64,000 nucleotides of DNA, taken from an uncultured Actinomycetes bacterium (GTDB lineage: Bacteria; Actinomycetota; UBA4738; HRBIN12). Below, one piece after another: positions 51,325 through 60,223 of the stretch. Within the stretch, counting starts at the first letter, position 1. Every line of letters begins with the position of its first letter. The notes beneath the pieces are model-generated. The model saw only the letters and a program-made list of their open reading frames with translations. It had not been told where the DNA came from and did no database searches. The stretch covers positions 57,979 through 121,978 of the forward strand of contig CAWCXU010000001.1 in the NCBI GenBank assembly GCA_963799625.1, read 5' to 3'. The translations under genes and the position numbers were made by a program.

Positions 51325-51729
51325 ATGGCATCATCGTTCCCAGGGTTGCAGCACGTCGCGCTCACGGTTCGCGACCTGTCGGCCAGCGTTCCGTGGTACG
51401 AGGCGCTCTTCGACGCGAAGCCCGTCCTCGACGAGGACACGGATCCGGGCTTCCATCACACCGTCTATCTGATCGGCGACAGCGGGCAGCTGTTCGGCCT
51501 GCACCAGCACACGACGCCGGCCCTCGAGGGGGACTTCAGTGAGTTCCGTGTGGGACTCGACCACGTGTCGTTCGGCGTCGCCGATCGCGGCGAGCTCGAG
51601 AAGTGGGCGACCCGGCTCGACGAGCTGGGCATCGAGCACGGCGGGATCAAGGACGCGAGCTACGGGTCGGGTCTGAGCTTCCGCGACCCCGACGGCATCG
51701 CGCTCGAGCTCTTCTGCGGCCCCGCCTGA
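51325..51729 (+). CDS. VOC/glyoxalase family protein
   Basis: LQHVALTVRDL...WYEALF, GLDHVSFGV, SFRDPDGIALEL. Confidence 0.88.
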   Translation: MASSFPGLQHVALTVRDLSASVPWYEALFDAKPVLDEDTDPGFHHTVYLIGDSGQLFGLHQHTTPALEGDFSEFRVGLDHVSFGVADRGELEKWATRLDELGIEHGGIKDASYGSGLSFRDPDGIALELFCGPA

Positions 51730-52508
51730 GCCGCCTCGAACAGCGCCACCCAATCGAACACGTCGAGATCGGCCGGCCGGGCGCCTCTCGCCAGCCCTCG
51801 ACCGCGTAGGCATGTCGCGATCATGCGCGGCGGGATCGTCCGGACCGCTCGCTCGACCGGCGTATCCCCCCGACGGAACGCGCCGGCGAGCATCGCCCGA
51901 TAGGCGGGTCGTGCTTCGGCCGGCAGGAGTTGCGACGAGCGGCGGCGGATCGCGAGGAACCCGGCATCGACCGATGGCCGCGGTTCGAACGCTGAGGCGG
52001 GAAGCTGCCGAACGAGCCCGAACTCCCACCAGGGCTGCCACCCGAGCGACATCAGGTTGGTGGGGCGCGGTGACGCGCGCTTGCGTGCCACGTGGGCTTC
52101 GACCAGCAGGTCCGCCCCGGTCACCGGCACGACGGGGTCGTCGAGCAGACGCCGCAGGATCGGGGTTGTCGCCGCGAATGGGAGGTTGCCGACCACGCGG
52201 AAGGGCGTCTCCGGCAGGGAGACACTCAGGATGTCGCCGTGCACGATCTCGACGTTCGTTAGGTGACCGAAGCGAGCTCGCAATGACTCTGCGAACCGCG
52301 GGTCGATCTCGACCGCGATGACCCGGCGGGCCACCTCCGACAGTGGTGCCGTCAACCGGCCCCCGCCGGGCCCGATCTCGACGACGAGCTCGTCGGGGCC
52401 GATGTCGGCCTGCCGGATCAGCTCCCGAGCGACGTCGTCGCTACGAAGGAAGTGTTGTCCGCGAGCGGTCTCGCCGCTCGCGCCCCGGGACGCTCCTCGC
52501 GCGCCCAC
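51660..52508 (-). CDS. erm: Erm-like 23S rRNA adenine N6-methyltransferase
   Basis: GQHFL, VVEIGPGGGRLT, AVEIDPR, HGDIL, FRVVGNLPF, WQPWWEF, PASAFEPRPSVDAG. Confidence 0.75.
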   Translation of the reverse strand: MGARGASRGASGETARGQHFLRSDDVARELIRQADIGPDELVVEIGPGGGRLTAPLSEVARRVIAVEIDPRFAESLRARFGHLTNVEIVHGDILSVSLPETPFRVVGNLPFAATTPILRRLLDDPVVPVTGADLLVEAHVARKRASPRPTNLMSLGWQPWWEFGLVRQLPASAFEPRPSVDAGFLAIRRRSSQLLPAEARPAYRAMLAGAFRRGDTPVERAVRTIPPRMIATCLRGRGLARGARPADLDVFDWVALFEAAQAGPQKSSSAMPSGSRKLRPDP

Positions 52509-52533
52509 GGACCCTCACCGTGATGATGCCCAT
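52441..52533 (-). CDS. Putative erm leader peptide (MGIITVRVR...), overlapping the erm start out of frame
   Basis: GAGGAG SD 6 nt before ATG 52533; RVR at codons 7-9. Confidence 0.5.
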   Translation of the reverse strand: MGIITVRVRGRARSVPGRERRDRSRTTLPS

Positions 52534-52621
52534 GTCGGTCTCCTCGATCGACGGAACCCTACACCGCCCTCGGACCGGCCGAGGGGTGATCCGGGTGGGC
52601 GAGCGCTGCGAACCGGGGTCG

Positions 52622-53482
52622 ATGGCGACGGTCGCTGCGGTGGGAGAGTTCGACCTCGATCGGTACCTGCGCGCCTCCAAGCGCGTGGATCTGTCCGGGG
52701 TCGAGTGGGGCCTGATCGGACGGACGCCGTTGCCCCCCGAGCACGCTCGATGCCTCACCTACATGATGGACATCGAGACGCACACGGCCGTCTTCCTCCG
52801 CGATCTCCTCGCGACCCGCGCAGGGTTCGACGCCGACGTGACCGCGTTCCTGTCGTGCTGGGCCTACGAGGAGGTCTGGCACGGCGAGGCGTTCAGCAGG
52901 TTCCTGGGGGAGGCGGGGTACACGCTCGCGCCGGATCACGCGGTGGTGCGGGCGGACGATCGATACCCGTCCCGGTCCGAACGCGCCGAGTGGATCCGCC
53001 GGGCGCTCGGCCGCAAGGGCTACCTTTCCCACATCGGGACCCTGCTCGGGTCGGCCGCGTTCAAGGACTTCGTCGCGATCCACATGACCTGGGGCGCCGC
53101 GAACGAGCTCACCACGCTGTCGGCCTACCACCGCCTGATCGCGAAGACCGAGCACCCGCAGCTGGTGCAGATGCTCCAGGCCATCATCAAGGACGAGCGG
53201 CGCCACTTCGCGTTCTACCGGGCGCAGGCCAGGCTGCGGCTCCAGGGGCCGACGGCGCAGCGGATCACCCGCTGGGCCATAGACCACCTCTGGGCGCCGG
53301 TCGGCACCGGGGTTCGGCCGCAGCCCGAGACCGACTTCGTCGTCGCCTATCTCTTCGGCGACACGGACGCGCAGGGGACCCTCGAGGACATGCAGGCGAC
53401 CATGAACGAGCTTCCCGGACTGCAGGGATCCCGGTTCCTCCGCGACGCCGTCGCGGCGGCCCGCGCACGTACGGCCTGCTAG
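52622..53482 (+). CDS. Ferritin-like diiron protein (acyl-ACP desaturase/AurF-like fold)
   Basis: DIETHT, WAYEEVWHG, ANELTT, IKDERRHFAFY diiron motifs. Confidence 0.75.
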   Translation: MATVAAVGEFDLDRYLRASKRVDLSGVEWGLIGRTPLPPEHARCLTYMMDIETHTAVFLRDLLATRAGFDADVTAFLSCWAYEEVWHGEAFSRFLGEAGYTLAPDHAVVRADDRYPSRSERAEWIRRALGRKGYLSHIGTLLGSAAFKDFVAIHMTWGAANELTTLSAYHRLIAKTEHPQLVQMLQAIIKDERRHFAFYRAQARLRLQGPTAQRITRWAIDHLWAPVGTGVRPQPETDFVVAYLFGDTDAQGTLEDMQATMNELPGLQGSRFLRDAVAAARARTAC

Positions 53483-53634
53483 CCGCCGATCAGAGGCTGC
53501 TCCATCAGGCGATCAGCTGCCCTTCGCAGGTCTCGATCACGAGAGATCGTCCGGCTGTTGTCGGATCCCCATCGCCTCATCCGTCTGACTGGGTGGATGG
53601 CTCGGAAAGCCGGGCCGCGCGAAGGGAGGCAGGG

Positions 53635-53946
53635 ATGTCGAAGTACCTCTTGCTGTACGCCGGAGGCAGCATGCCTGAGACGGACGAGCAGCGTGACGCC
53701 GTGATGAAGGCGTGGGACGGCTGGTTCGCGACACTCGGGAAGGCATTGGTCGACGGGGGCAACCCGATCTCGGCGTCGAAGAAGATCAGCGCCGACGGGT
53801 CGATCACGTCCGGCGCCGGCGACGCCAGCGGCTACTCGGTCATCGAGGCGGACTCGCTCGACGGGGCGACCGACCTGGCCAAGGGCTGCCCGGTGCTGCA
53901 GGGCGGCGCCTCGGTCTCGGTGTTCGAGACGTTCGAGGTGATGTAA
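53635..53946 (+). CDS. YCII-related small protein
   Basis: MSKYLLLYAGG...AWDGWF...LVDGGNP...GYSVIEADSLDGA...GCP...VSVFE. Confidence 0.75.
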   Translation: MSKYLLLYAGGSMPETDEQRDAVMKAWDGWFATLGKALVDGGNPISASKKISADGSITSGAGDASGYSVIEADSLDGATDLAKGCPVLQGGASVSVFETFEVM

Positions 53947-53956
53947 CGCGGTCGGG

Positions 53957-53988
53957 GCGCCCGCGGGCCCTCGCCGGTCCGCGGGCGC
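53957..53988. terminator. GC hairpin between convergent genes
   Basis: GCGCCCGCGG...CCGCGGGCGC 10-bp stem. Confidence 0.5.
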
Positions 53989-54002
53989 GCCCACGCGCGC
54001 GG

Positions 54003-56423
54003 TCAGGCGCGCAGCCGGGCGCCACTCGGGTCGAAGAGCGTGGTGGCCGCGATCCGCCCGTGCAGCGTGCGATCGAAGTAGCGAACCGAGATCTCCGTTC
54101 CGTCGTCGAGCCCGCTCGGGAGCCAGGCATACGCGAGGCTCCGCTCGACCGAGCCCCCCCATCCGGCGCTCGTGACGAAACCGACGGGTTCACCCTCCAC
54201 CTCGACCGGCTCCGCGCCCATCGCAACCTGCTCGTCGTCGAGCACGATCGTTCGCAGCGTGCGCGGCGAGGCGGCCCTGGTCGCGAGCGCATCGGCGCCG
54301 ATGAAGTCGCGATCGGTCGTGCGGACCGCGAAGCCGAGGCCGGCGTCGGCCGGCGCGTCGCCGCGGGTCATGTCGGTGCCCCACGCGCGATACCCCTTCT
54401 CGAGGCGGAGGGTCCCGAGCGCGGCACGACCCGCCGCGACCAGACCGTGGGCCGTTCCCGCCGACCACACCGCGTCCCAGAGCGTTCCCCCGTCGTTCGC
54501 GGCGCACGAGAGCTCCCACCCGAGCTCGCCGGCGTAGGAGATCCGAACGGCGTCGACCGCGATGCCGACGATCCGGATGGTCCGGGCGGCCCGGTACGGG
54601 AACGCGTCGTTCGACAGGTCGGCGTCCGCGATCGGCGCGAGGATCTCGCGGGCGAGCGGCCCCCACAGCGCGAGGTACGCGCGAGCGTCGGTCACCGGCT
54701 CGATCTCGACGTCACCGACCGCGTGAGCTCGGAGCCACGCGAGGTCGCGCGGCGAGTTCCCGGCGAGCACGAACCGCTCTTCGTCGAAGCGCGCCACGGT
54801 CACGTCCGAAACGATCCCGCCGTGTGTGTCGAGCATCACCGAGTAGGTCACGACGCCGGTAGGTCCGCCGGCGCGACCGGCGACCACGCGACGGAGCAGA
54901 TCCTGCGCGCCCGACCCGCGCACCTCGATCCGTGTCAGCGGCGTCATGTCGAACAGGCCCGCGCGCTCGCGGACCGCCCGGTGCTCCGCGGCCGCGATCG
55001 GCGACCAATGCCGCGCCGACCAGGTGTCTCGCTTGGGCACGCCGTTGACGAGTCGCGCGTTCGCCTCGTACCACTGCGGCCGCTCCCAGGTGGCGACGTC
55101 GACGAACGCCGCGTCGAGCGCACGTCCGCGCTCCGCGAACGCGCTGAACCGCACACCGCGCGCCGACGCATGCGGCTCCGCGGGGTGGTGCGCCAGGTAG
55201 ACGTCGGTGTATTGATCCGAGGACCGCGCCTCGAAGAAGGAAGGCTCGAGCTCCGGCTCGTCGAACCGCCCGAGGTCGGCGGGCGTCGCGTCGATCGCGG
55301 GGTCGCGGTCGCACAGCAGGTCGGCGACGATCTGTGCGACGCCGGCGGAGTGCGTGACCCACACCGACTCGGCGACCCAGAAACCTCGCAGGCCGGGATG
55401 CTCGCCGATCAGCGGGTACCCGTCCGGTGTGAACCCGAACACACCGTTGAACCGGCGCTCGAACCGCGCGCCGCTGAGCGCCGGCATGAACGCGCACGTG
55501 AGCTCCCACGCCTCGGCGAAGTCCTCCGGGGTGAACCCGAACGCGAGGCTCCGATGCTCGTTGCGCGCGTGCACGTCGAGGGCCGCCGACGGAACGGGCA
55601 GCACCTGATGGTGGAACGAGCCGACCCCGACGCGATCGCCGTGGTCGCGGTAGTAGATGCCGATGTCGTGGTGCCGGATGATCGGCCGCGTCGCCTCGCG
55701 CCCGGCGGCGTCGGCGAGCTCGGCGATCGGTGAGGTGATCGCGTACTGGTGCTCGGTCGGCAGCATCGGGAGCGTCAGCCCGACCGTCTCGGCCAGCGCC
55801 GGCCCCCACACGCCGGCGCAGCAGACGATGACGTCGGCGTCGATCGTGTCGCCGGTCGTCGTCCGCACCCCACGCACGGCGCCGCGGTCGGTGATGATCT
55901 CGGAGATCGCCGTGTCGCCGACGAAGCGCGCGCCGCCTTCGGCGGCGCGCCCCGCCTGGGCCTCCACCGCTCGGAGGGCTGCCGCGAGCCCCTCGCCGTC
56001 GGTTGTGTACGCGCCCAGCAGGCCGTCGCGCTCGATGGTCGGCCACATCCCGATCGCCTCGTCGGGGCCGATCATCCGGCCGTGCCAGCCGAAGGCTAGC
56101 GCCGCGCCCCAGCGTCTCCAGAGCTCGGCCAGCCGCTCCTCGGTGTAGGCGACCTCGAGCGTGCCGACCGGCAGCAGCGCGGGCCCCTCACCGGTCGACA
56201 GCGTCGCGAACTTGCGGACCGTCGCGTCAGCTGTCTCGGTCATGAACCGCGAGGTGCTCGTCCGGCTGATGAGGCCGGGGGCGTGCGAGGACGATCCGCC
56301 GGTCGCGAACAGCGGCCCCTTGTCGATGACCGTGACGTCGAGCTCGCCGCGGAGCACGAGCTCGTCGGCGAGCGCAGCGCCGACCACGCCGGCGCCGATG
56401 ATCACGATCCGCCGATGCGCCAT
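54003..56423 (-). CDS. GcvT family FAD-dependent oxidoreductase (dimethylglycine oxidase-like) #2
   Basis: IIGAGVVG, GGSSSHAPG, FNGVFGFTPDG, VWVTHSAG, ISYAGELGWE, LRLEKGYRAWG. Confidence 0.92.
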   Translation of the reverse strand: MAHRRIVIIGAGVVGAALADELVLRGELDVTVIDKGPLFATGGSSSHAPGLISRTSTSRFMTETADATVRKFATLSTGEGPALLPVGTLEVAYTEERLAELWRRWGAALAFGWHGRMIGPDEAIGMWPTIERDGLLGAYTTDGEGLAAALRAVEAQAGRAAEGGARFVGDTAISEIITDRGAVRGVRTTTGDTIDADVIVCCAGVWGPALAETVGLTLPMLPTEHQYAITSPIAELADAAGREATRPIIRHHDIGIYYRDHGDRVGVGSFHHQVLPVPSAALDVHARNEHRSLAFGFTPEDFAEAWELTCAFMPALSGARFERRFNGVFGFTPDGYPLIGEHPGLRGFWVAESVWVTHSAGVAQIVADLLCDRDPAIDATPADLGRFDEPELEPSFFEARSSDQYTDVYLAHHPAEPHASARGVRFSAFAERGRALDAAFVDVATWERPQWYEANARLVNGVPKRDTWSARHWSPIAAAEHRAVRERAGLFDMTPLTRIEVRGSGAQDLLRRVVAGRAGGPTGVVTYSVMLDTHGGIVSDVTVARFDEERFVLAGNSPRDLAWLRAHAVGDVEIEPVTDARAYLALWGPLAREILAPIADADLSNDAFPYRAARTIRIVGIAVDAVRISYAGELGWELSCAANDGGTLWDAVWSAGTAHGLVAAGRAALGTLRLEKGYRAWGTDMTRGDAPADAGLGFAVRTTDRDFIGADALATRAASPRTLRTIVLDDEQVAMGAEPVEVEGEPVGFVTSAGWGGSVERSLAYAWLPSGLDDGTEISVRYFDRTLHGRIAATTLFDPSGARLRA

Positions 56424-56427
56424 CGGT

Positions 56428-56670
56428 TCACCCCTGCTCGGGTTCGAGGATGGCACGGGCGATCCCGCGCGCCTCGTCGAGGCGCTCTCGATCGACGAAC
56501 ACGTTGGCGTCGCGCTCGAGGAACGTCAGGAAGCCCGAGCTCGGCGCCTTGACCCACCACACGATCCCGGCCTCCTCGAGCACCGCCCCGATCTCCTCGG
56601 CGTGCTCCGGGGTACAGGCGCACAGATGGACGGTCTTGACCCCCGCCGGCACGTCCCAGATCCGTCGCAC
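56428..56670 (-). CDS. Small hypothetical protein (DUF2007-like)
   Basis: AEEIGAVLEEAGI...VFVDRERLDEARGI pattern. Confidence 0.5.
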   Translation of the reverse strand: MRRIWDVPAGVKTVHLCACTPEHAEEIGAVLEEAGIVWWVKAPSSGFLTFLERDANVFVDRERLDEARGIARAILEPEQG

Positions 56671-56725
56671 CCGCCGACCCTACCGCGCGTCTGTCGGTGA
56701 GCGGCTCGCGGCGTCGAGGGCGGCG

Positions 56726-59182
56726 TTACGCCTTGATCCGCTTCCGCTTCGGGTCGTACATCGGCTCGAGCGAGACGGTGACGGGGTAGCGCCGTCCGAC
56801 GATGTCGGCCTCCCAGGACCCGCTCAGCAGGAACCCGTCGGTGATGTCCTCGTCGCGCTCGATCATCGCGAGGCCGACCGACCCGCCGAGCGTGTGCCCG
56901 TACGCGCCGTTGCGGATCTCGCCGACGTGCTCGCCGTCGCGGTAGAGCTGTTCGTCGCCGTAGAGCAGGGGTTCCGGGTCACCGATCAGCACCTGCACCA
57001 TCCGTGCGGTCCGGATGCCTGAGTCGCGCTGCTTGACGAGCGCCTCCTTGCCGATGAACCCGCTCGGCTTGTCCCACGCGATCGTGAAGTCGATGCCGGC
57101 GTCGATCAGCGTGTCGCCGTTGTCGATGTCGATCCCGTAGTCGCGGTACGCCTTCTCCAGGCGCAGGGAGTTCAGAGCCAGCAACCCCGCGTGCCGGATC
57201 CCGAGGTCTTGTCCTGCCTCGAGCAGCGCGTCGTACACGATCACCGCCTGGTCGCTCGGCACGTGGAGCTCCCACCCGAGCTCACCGAGGTAGGTCACGC
57301 GGATCGCGTACGCGAGGCCCATGCCCACCTCGATCTCCTTCGCCCGCATATAGGGGAAGGCCTCGTTCGAGAGGTCGGCGGTGGTCAGACGTGCGAGGAG
57401 CTCCCGCGACCGTGGCCCTTGCACCGTGAGGAGCATCCGGGAGCTCGTCATGTCGGTGACGATCACGACCTCGCCCTCGGCGCGCTGACGCTCGAGCCAC
57501 CCGAGCATCCGCCGGTGGATCACGTCGGCCCCGATCACGAGGAACGTGTCCTCGGCGGTCCGGGTCACCGTGAGGTCCGTCCAGATCTTGCCGTTCGGTG
57601 TGCACCAGTGCGTGTAGGTGATCTTGCCGACCGGCACGTCGAGCTCGCTCACGCTCACACGGTTGAGCAGTGTGAGCGCGTCCGGCCCCTGCACCTTGAG
57701 CGTCGCCATGAACGACATGTCCATGATCCCGACCGCCTCGCGCACCGCCACGTGTTCCTTTGCCCACGCATCGAACGACTGGTCGCGCAGCCACCCCTGC
57801 GGTCGCTCGTGGCTGACCCCTTTGGGGGCGAACCACTCTGGCACCTCGTAGCCCGTGAGCACCACGAAGTCGGCGCCGGCATCGGTGAGCCGGTCGTGGA
57901 TCGGCGACCGGCGAGCCCCGCGCGCGGTCCACGGCCGCCACGACGGGAACGCGGCGTCGCCGAACAGCGTGCCGAGGAGCTCGACCGTCTTCTGCTCGCG
58001 GAACGCGCGCGTGGCCATGAACGGCATGAGCCGGTCCGGCGAGATCCCCGTGACCTCGAGCGGCGGTTCCCCGTCGACGATCCACTGCGCGATCATCGAG
58101 CCCGCGCCGCCCGACAGCAGGATGCCGAGCGAGTTCAGCCCGCACGCGGCGAAGAACCCGCGGAGCTCGGGCACCTCGCCGAGCAGCGGACCGTTATCCG
58201 AGGTGAAGCTCTCCGGCCCGCAGAAGAACTGCCGGATCCCGGCGTCGTGCAGCGACGGGAACCGGTCCATCGCGTCGGAGAGGAACCCGGCCATCCGATC
58301 CCAGTCCGGCGGCAGCACCGCGAACCCGAGGTCCTGCGGGATCGTGTCGAGGGACCACGGTGCCGCCTTGGGTTCGAACAGCCCGACCAACACGCCGCCG
58401 CCTTCCTCGCGGTAGTAGCCGTAGCGGTCGGGGTCTTCGACGACGGGCAGGTCGGGATGCGCCCACTCGACCTCGTCGGTCAGCAGGTAGTAGTGCTCGG
58501 CAGCTTGCAAGGGGAGGGACACGCCGGCGAGCGCGCCGAGCTGGCGGCCCCACATGCCGGCCGCGACCACCACGGTCTCGGTCTCGATCGTGCCGTGGTC
58601 GGTCTCGACCCCGGTCACGGCGCCGTTCGCGGTCGTGAAGCCGGTGACGGTCACGCCCTCGACGATCTTCGCGCCCGCCGCCCTCGCGCCCTTCGCGTAG
58701 GCCTGCGCGACGTCGGCGGGGTTCGCGCGGCCTTCGTCGGGCACCCAGGCCGCGGCGAGGATGTCGTCGACCTTCGCCGAGGGCCAGTGTCGACCAACCT
58801 CCTCGGGACCGACCATCTCGACCGGCACGCCGTGGGCCTTCGCGAAGATCGCCTCACGGGTGACGGTCTCGAGCCGTTGGGGTGTGCACGCGAGGTGCAG
58901 ATGGCCGATCGTCCGGAACCCGGTGTCCTGCCCCGTCTCCGCAGTGAGGGTCGGCAACAGCTCGGTGGTGTAGCGCGACATCCAGAGGTAGGTCTCCGTC
59001 GGCATGCCGGCGCTGGTGATCAGGCCGGCCGCGTGCCACGTGGTGCCGGCCGTCAGCTCTTTGCGTTCGAGCAGCACGACATCAGTGACGCCCAGCTTGG
59101 TCAGGTGATAGGCGGTGCTGGTGCCGATCGCGCCTCCGCCGATCACGACGACCTGGGCGCGCGCTGGAAGTACGTCCGTCAT
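56726..59182 (-). CDS. GcvT family FAD-dependent oxidoreductase (sarcosine/dimethylglycine dehydrogenase-like) #3
   Basis: VIGGGAIG, LTAGTTWHAAG, FCGPESFTSD, VTYLGELGWE, SLRLEKAY, YGHTLGG. Confidence 0.92.
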   Translation of the reverse strand: MTDVLPARAQVVVIGGGAIGTSTAYHLTKLGVTDVVLLERKELTAGTTWHAAGLITSAGMPTETYLWMSRYTTELLPTLTAETGQDTGFRTIGHLHLACTPQRLETVTREAIFAKAHGVPVEMVGPEEVGRHWPSAKVDDILAAAWVPDEGRANPADVAQAYAKGARAAGAKIVEGVTVTGFTTANGAVTGVETDHGTIETETVVVAAGMWGRQLGALAGVSLPLQAAEHYYLLTDEVEWAHPDLPVVEDPDRYGYYREEGGGVLVGLFEPKAAPWSLDTIPQDLGFAVLPPDWDRMAGFLSDAMDRFPSLHDAGIRQFFCGPESFTSDNGPLLGEVPELRGFFAACGLNSLGILLSGGAGSMIAQWIVDGEPPLEVTGISPDRLMPFMATRAFREQKTVELLGTLFGDAAFPSWRPWTARGARRSPIHDRLTDAGADFVVLTGYEVPEWFAPKGVSHERPQGWLRDQSFDAWAKEHVAVREAVGIMDMSFMATLKVQGPDALTLLNRVSVSELDVPVGKITYTHWCTPNGKIWTDLTVTRTAEDTFLVIGADVIHRRMLGWLERQRAEGEVVIVTDMTSSRMLLTVQGPRSRELLARLTTADLSNEAFPYMRAKEIEVGMGLAYAIRVTYLGELGWELHVPSDQAVIVYDALLEAGQDLGIRHAGLLALNSLRLEKAYRDYGIDIDNGDTLIDAGIDFTIAWDKPSGFIGKEALVKQRDSGIRTARMVQVLIGDPEPLLYGDEQLYRDGEHVGEIRNGAYGHTLGGSVGLAMIERDEDITDGFLLSGSWEADIVGRRYPVTVSLEPMYDPKRKRIKA

Positions 59183-59220
59183 GGTGCCTCCTGGGCGCCC
59201 CGGCGGAGCGCGCGGACATG

Positions 59221-59575
59221 CTAGCGGGCGCCCGTTGCGTGCAGATAGTTCGCGCGATACCTCTCGTCGGGGTCGAACCGTCGTGCCTGCCGCTCTACGT
59301 CCATCGCCATACCGCGCCGCGGGTTCGCACCCGTGCCGGCCACCAATTGCGAGTTGCCCAGGTTGCTTGGCGGGTGGCCTCGACCTGGTGACGGTCGAAG
59401 TACGCTGCGCCGTCGTGCACCGCCTCGATCAGGAACGAGGAGCGGTTGGTGACCTGCCAAGGAGCCGCGGGTCGAGCACCACCAGGGGAAGCACCTCGCC
59501 CGCACGCACCGCGGCCGCGAAGGCGGAGTGGTAGTGAACCCGGAGGTCCCGGGTGAACACAGCGAGGGTCCGCAT
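59221..59575 (-). pseudogene. Collapsed photolyase/cryptochrome remnant (N-terminus joined to C-terminus)
   Basis: FTRDLRVH...VLPLVVLDPRLL, (shift) PNRSSFLIEAVHD, then GAAYFDRHQVE, (shift) PSNLGNSQLVAGTG...RQARRFDPDERY. Confidence 0.7.
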
Positions 59576-59633
59576 CGTTAGGAACGCGGCGAGCGACGGG
59601 CCCATGGTGCGAAGCCCGTCGCGCCGCTCGCGT

Positions 59634-59861
59634 CTAGCCGGTGCAGCCGTGTGCAGCGAGGATCGCCGGGTCGGCGAAGGCCGCCGCACCACCGGCGTAG
59701 TTGCTATGGAACGCGGTGCCGGTCGACTTCGCCGCCGAGATCAGCTGGCCGAAGCTCGCGCCGCACGCAGCCTTGATGTCGGTCCCGGGGGCGGCGGACG
59801 CCGTTCCCGTGATGGCGAGGCTGCCCGCGACGATCGTCAGGGCGATCAGCGTTCGCTTCAT
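59634..59861 (-). CDS. 75-aa secreted protein with two cysteines
   Basis: Signal peptide MKRTLIALTIVAGSLAITGTASA; KAACG...AHGCTG; GGAGG SD. Confidence 0.7.
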   Translation of the reverse strand: MKRTLIALTIVAGSLAITGTASAAPGTDIKAACGASFGQLISAAKSTGTAFHSNYAGGAAAFADPAILAAHGCTG

Positions 59862-59876
59862 GCTGTCCTCCGTTCG

Positions 59877-60113
59877 TCAGGCGAGCGCGTGCGCACGCTC
59901 GTCGTGCGTCCCGAGCAACGTCGTCGCCCGAGCAGCGATCCAGATGCCGGACAGGCCCACGAGGGCGTACACCACCCGCGAGGCCGCGTCCGTCTGCCCG
60001 AACTCCATGCCGAAGATCTTCGCGACGAGATCGAACTCGGCGAGCGCCACGAGCCCCCAGTTCAGGGCCCCGACGATCACCAGCACTAGCGCCGCGGTGT
60101 CGAGCTTCCGCAT
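59877..60113 (-). CDS. DUF378 family membrane protein
   Basis: ALVLVIVGALNWGLVALAEFDLVAKIFG...VYALVGLSGIW; GGAGGAGG SD. Confidence 0.88.
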   Translation of the reverse strand: MRKLDTAALVLVIVGALNWGLVALAEFDLVAKIFGMEFGQTDAASRVVYALVGLSGIWIAARATTLLGTHDERAHALA

Positions 60114-60128
60114 CGTCCTCCTCCCTTC

Positions 60129-60201
60129 TGTCGAGGTTTTGTCTAGGCACTGTACGCTCGTACCTCCGAAGCTGTCAAGGGTGCGTCTAGGTATCTGCAC
60201 A
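60129..60201 (-). promoter_or_regulatory. CarH-type operator (11-bp direct repeats) overlapping a sigma-70 promoter
   Basis: Minus-strand hexamers TCGACA, TAGACA, CGTACA, TTGACA, TAGACG at plus 60129, 60140, 60151, 60173, 60184; TTGACA-18 nt-TACAGT promoter. Confidence 0.75.
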
Positions 60202-60223
60202 AGGATGGTTTAAGGTTCATTGC

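Noticed and set aside
51660-51729. 70-nt convergent overlap between erm and the VOC gene
   Set aside because: The erm tail beyond ...ALFEAA reads as antisense VOC sequence; probably incidental run-on in GC-rich DNA.
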